Source: the human T2T-CHM13v2.0 reference genome, Homo sapiens
Length of the DNA stretch: 64,000 bases
Strand: one strand, 5' to 3'
Assembly: GCF_009914755.1 (NCBI RefSeq)
Contig: NC_060925.1
Part shown: positions 60,381 through 64,000 of the stretch, piece by piece
Numbering within the stretch: position 1 is the stretch's first letter
How the letters are laid out: each line of letters opens with the position of its first letter
Made by a program: the position numbers and the translations under genes
The notes under the pieces: model-generated
What the model saw: the letters and a program-made list of their open reading frames with translations, nothing else
Told to the model about the DNA's origin: nothing
The model's database searches: none

Positions 60381-61063
60381 AGAGTTTCACAAATGTGAAG
60401 TGTTATTAGTAACTGAAAGAAGTGTACTGAGTTATTGCCTCAAAAACATGTTTATTTATTTCATATAAATTCATAGGCACTTGGGGTGGACAGAGCATCA
60501 GATCAGGTAATATGTAAAAATGAGTAAGACTTCTCTACTTAAAGAGGTTAAATATGTCGAGAAAATAAAGCCCCATCTGGACATAGTAAGTAATAAAACA
60601 AATACAAGGCAAAATGCTTTTTAAGAAGGCCAGAGACAGATTTGCAAAGAGGGAAGTTCATCCCAAACAGGAGAACTGGAATATACAAAGGATCCTCTGT
60701 CCACCTGAAATGCCAAATTTAAACACATGGGATAGTAAAAGCATAAATAATCAAATTCTGAATTCCATTAAGTAAATTTAGAAGAGGGAAGGGAGTAATA
60801 ATTTTCATATTGGCAGTCTTCTTCCTATTATTATTTTATGTAATCATTTAGTGTGATATTAAAATTCAGTAAATCTCTCACATCTTGTGTGTACGTTTTA
60901 TTAAATAGAAGTTTTACTCTTAATAAGAAATAATCTTTTTTTTCAAAATTACAAAAGGTCACAATAAATTTATGGTTAAGCAAGATTCCTACCAGATAAT
61001 GATCTTTCCTGTAGTTTACTTTCCAGAAAAATCTCACACTTCTATCAGCTTACTCAAATATAT

Positions 61064-61151
61064 TTTATTTCCTGATTGCAGATAAATAAATGGCACCTAT
61101 TCTGGTGACTCGGAATAGGTGCCATTTATTTATCTGCAATCAGGAAATAAA
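61064..61151. repeat. Perfect 39-bp inverted repeat with 10-nt loop
   Basis: Arms 61064-61102 and 61113-61151 are exact reverse complements. Confidence 0.97.
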
Positions 61152-61349
61152 GTGACACTTCTGAGTCACAAAGTTCAACTCTTCTGAGTTGAACTATGTG
61201 AAAGTTCTTTACTAATACCACACAGATCTTTTCCATTCTGATATAGGAACTGTGTGCATGTCCTCATCTGTATATTTCAGTGCTAGAAAGGTGTCAGCAT
61301 AGCAGTCTCTCAATAAACATTCTATGAATTGAACTGAATTAGGAAATTG

Positions 61350-61800
61350 TGACAGATGCTGCTAATTGCCTGCCTACTCATCATCCACTCTTCCTTTTTT
61401 CTTATAAACAGAATCCTAATTTATTTGGAGGCCACCATGTATTCAGCTAAAATATTGAATCTCCTACTTTTTCAGTGAGATATGAGTGGAAATCACTGCC
61501 TTTGACTTCTTAGAAAGTTATTTAAAAGGAGACAAACTCCACTGGCTTTGACTTCTTGCCCCTCACTTTTTTCCTTGCTTTGCTGACTGAAATGCAGATG
61601 TACTGTTTGATGACAAAGCCATCTTAGAATTATGAGGGTTTGTTACACGTAAAAGATGATAAAACTGGATCTGAAATCAATCTTGGTCCTTGATGTTTCT
61701 CTCTGGTAGTTGGTCCAGCCTTGAACTGTGTACCCGTAGACCTCTATTTAATTAAGCCACTGTGAAAGGTTTCTGTTACATAAAGGCAAATGGAGTCATA
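61350..61800 (+). mobile_element. Old MLT1 (MaLR) LTR, degraded
   Basis: tgtgacaga start, aacagaatcctaattt, aagccatctt, atttaattaagccactg. Confidence 0.5.
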
Positions 61801-62533
61801 GATATAGATCCTTTGACTCTGTCTAGCTTAGTGGGGAAGTAGTTGACATTATAGAATCTACTGAGATGGTTTTTCACTTTTTCTACCCCATTCTGATAAT
61901 GCCCTGCAAAAAAAAATACTCCTCTCATCTGGGTAAGAATTGCTGCCATATTCTTGCAAGGATAAAAATAAAAAATAAAAAAATAAAAGAAAGAATTGCT
62001 TCCACAGTGAGCCACAGTTACTGCTAAGAATGTCACTTCCCTAAGATGTGTTAGGCCACCCAAGAAAAAAGGTTCAGAATCATCTCTGCTTCAGGGAGGC
62101 TCATAATAAATTGACTAATTGGAAGTCCTGAAAGTGTTGGAGTTGCAATGCATTCAGTAGTTATTAAATAAGTGGAAAGAAGCATGCCTGAAGTATCTCA
62201 GAGCCCGATTGAGATACCAACTGATACAGCAGCATCAGAAGATGATTATAATTTTGATGTGGACAGTGAAGGGGTTGGTGAAGCTAGACTAGAAACAATG
62301 GAGAGTGCTGACCCTGATAACAGAATCTTAGCATTGGAGGGCAACTTAATGGCCATCCAGTTCTATGTCTCAAGGCAAAACTTGACTTCTACCATATTGT
62401 TCACAGATGTCATCCAACCTTTGCTTGAATACTCCAGTGATTAATAGCTAGTGAATTCAAAAGGTGATCTATTGCATTATTGAAAAGATTTAACTGGAAA
62501 GTCCTTTTTACAATCAACTTAATATGATTGTAT

Positions 62534-62690
62534 CTTTTTTTAATTATTATACTTTAAGTTCTAGGGTACATGTGCACAATGTGCAGGTTTGTTACATAGG
62601 TATACATGTGCCATGTTGGTTTGCTACACCCATCAACTTGTCATTTACATTAGGCATTTCTCCTAATGCTATCCCTCCCCCAGCCCCCTA
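62534..62690 (-). mobile_element. Short L1PA 3' fragment
   Basis: ttattatactttaagttctagggtacatgtgcacaatgtgcagg. Confidence 0.9.
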
Positions 62691-63663
62691 CTCTAATTAT
62701 TACCATATACCATTTATATAGCATTTTACTATATTTATTTTAAGAGATTTCATATGATCAGTGTTGATTGATAGTCATAAAATGATATGAATCACTTGAA
62801 ATAATACTATCTGAGCATTTGTAAATCTGCTCTGAGAGGCTACATATAGTTGTACAAGGTTTCACAATTCCTAGGTAGAATACCTGGACTTGAAGACAAG
62901 ACTATTAGACTCTGAGTCCAGATCTCCTTTAAATTGTTATATATTCAATCAGTAGGGATTTACTGAGCTCCTAGTATCTACTGGTTACTATGTTAAAAGT
63001 GCTGAAGCACTAATGGTGAACAAGACATAGACATTCTTGGTTCCTCTAGAGCTAATAATCTGGTAATTGCCTACATATGAGTTGTACTTTTAGCTTTTGG
63101 TATAGCACAGAGTAATAAGTAAATTCCTTCCCCTGTGCATTAATCATTCAGTTATCACATTGCTTCATGGGTGCCTCTTCTCTAGACAAAATATGTCCTT
63201 TTTCTTCAACATAGGAGCTATTACTTTTCTCTGGACACCCTTAATTTCGTCAGCATCTTTCTTAAGGAGTGGCATTCTGAATTAGACACCCAGGCTCCCA
63301 GTATGATCTGGTGGGTGTGTAGTGCTCAGAGACTGTGGCCTCAGAAGACTTGAAGGTTGAATTACTAGGAGTGCAACCTGGACTCATCACAGCTATTTTG
63401 ATTTCTCATGGCAGTGTTCATTTTTATGGTTCGTAAAATCACAAGACCTTCTTTCTGTGAATTGTGACCAAGTCAGATCTCTCCCATACTGTACTCAAAC
63501 ATTGGAAACATTTAAATGCTGACCTTTAATGCATTCCTATTAAATTTTACTTCGTCATCTGGAATATTATTACATACCTTGAGGTCTTCTTTATCTTGCT
63601 TCTCTCATCTCTAAGGTTGTCTTTCCCAGTTTTGCATTATTAATAGGTTAGATAATCACGTGC

Positions 63664-64000
63664 TGTATTAGTTTGTTTTCACACGCTGATAAAGACATAC
63701 CCAAAACCAGGAAGAAAAAGAGGTTTAATGGACTTATAGTTCCACCTGGCTGGGGAAGCCTCACAGTCATGGTGGAAGGCAAGGAGGAGCAAGTCACGTC
63801 TTACATGGATGGTGGCAGGCAAAGAGAGAGAGCTTCTGTATGGGGAACTGCTCTTTTTAAAACCGTCAGCTCTTGTGAGACTTACTCACGATCATGAGAA
63901 CAGCACGGGAAAGATTTGCCTCCATGATTCAGTTACCTCCCACAGGGTCCCTCCCACAACACATGGGAATTCAAAATGATATTTCAGTGGGGACAAGGCC
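63664..64000 (-). mobile_element. THE1 (MaLR) LTR, runs to the right edge of the window
   Basis: tgtattagtttgttttcacacgctgataaagacatacc..gagcaagtcacgtcttacatgg. Confidence 0.93.

Noticed and set aside
62172-62444. Acidic 90-aa ORF as an exon or transposase relic
   Set aside because: GTG start, no recognisable homology or clear splice sites; the 3' half looks like an ancient repeat. tBLASTn/Dfam would be needed

Overview
Primate (human-like) genomic DNA, AT-rich and very repeat-dense. I find no supportable protein-coding gene, RNA gene or CRISPR array. All long ORFs are broken LINE-1 ORF1/ORF2 pieces or low-complexity artefacts. The window holds two near-full-length minus-strand L1PA elements (~9.3-15.5 kb and ~23.3-28.9 kb), a nested L1PB-in-older-L1 stack (32.5-45 kb), Alus, a solo LTR12, THE1/MST and MLT LTRs, MER30, MADE1, and many L2/MIR relics. 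Main observations: (1) the two L1PAs differ at subfamily-type sites but share at least 11 non-consensus changes, including the same ORF2 stop and frameshift, which suggests mosaic inter-locus gene conversion (or an assembly artefact); (2) the second L1 is a spliced integrant (SpIRE 97/622 type) whose missing 524-nt intron is still present in its neighbour; (3) a perfect 39-bp hairpin within a hairpin cluster at 61.1 kb and a perfect 21-bp inverted repeat at 3.4 kb; (4) two local templated copies of ~90-115 bp; (5) three different elements inserted into one MIR tail; (6) a CRE motif created by micro-duplication inside LTR12. Subfamily names come from my recall of consensus sequences and need RepeatMasker/Dfam confirmation.
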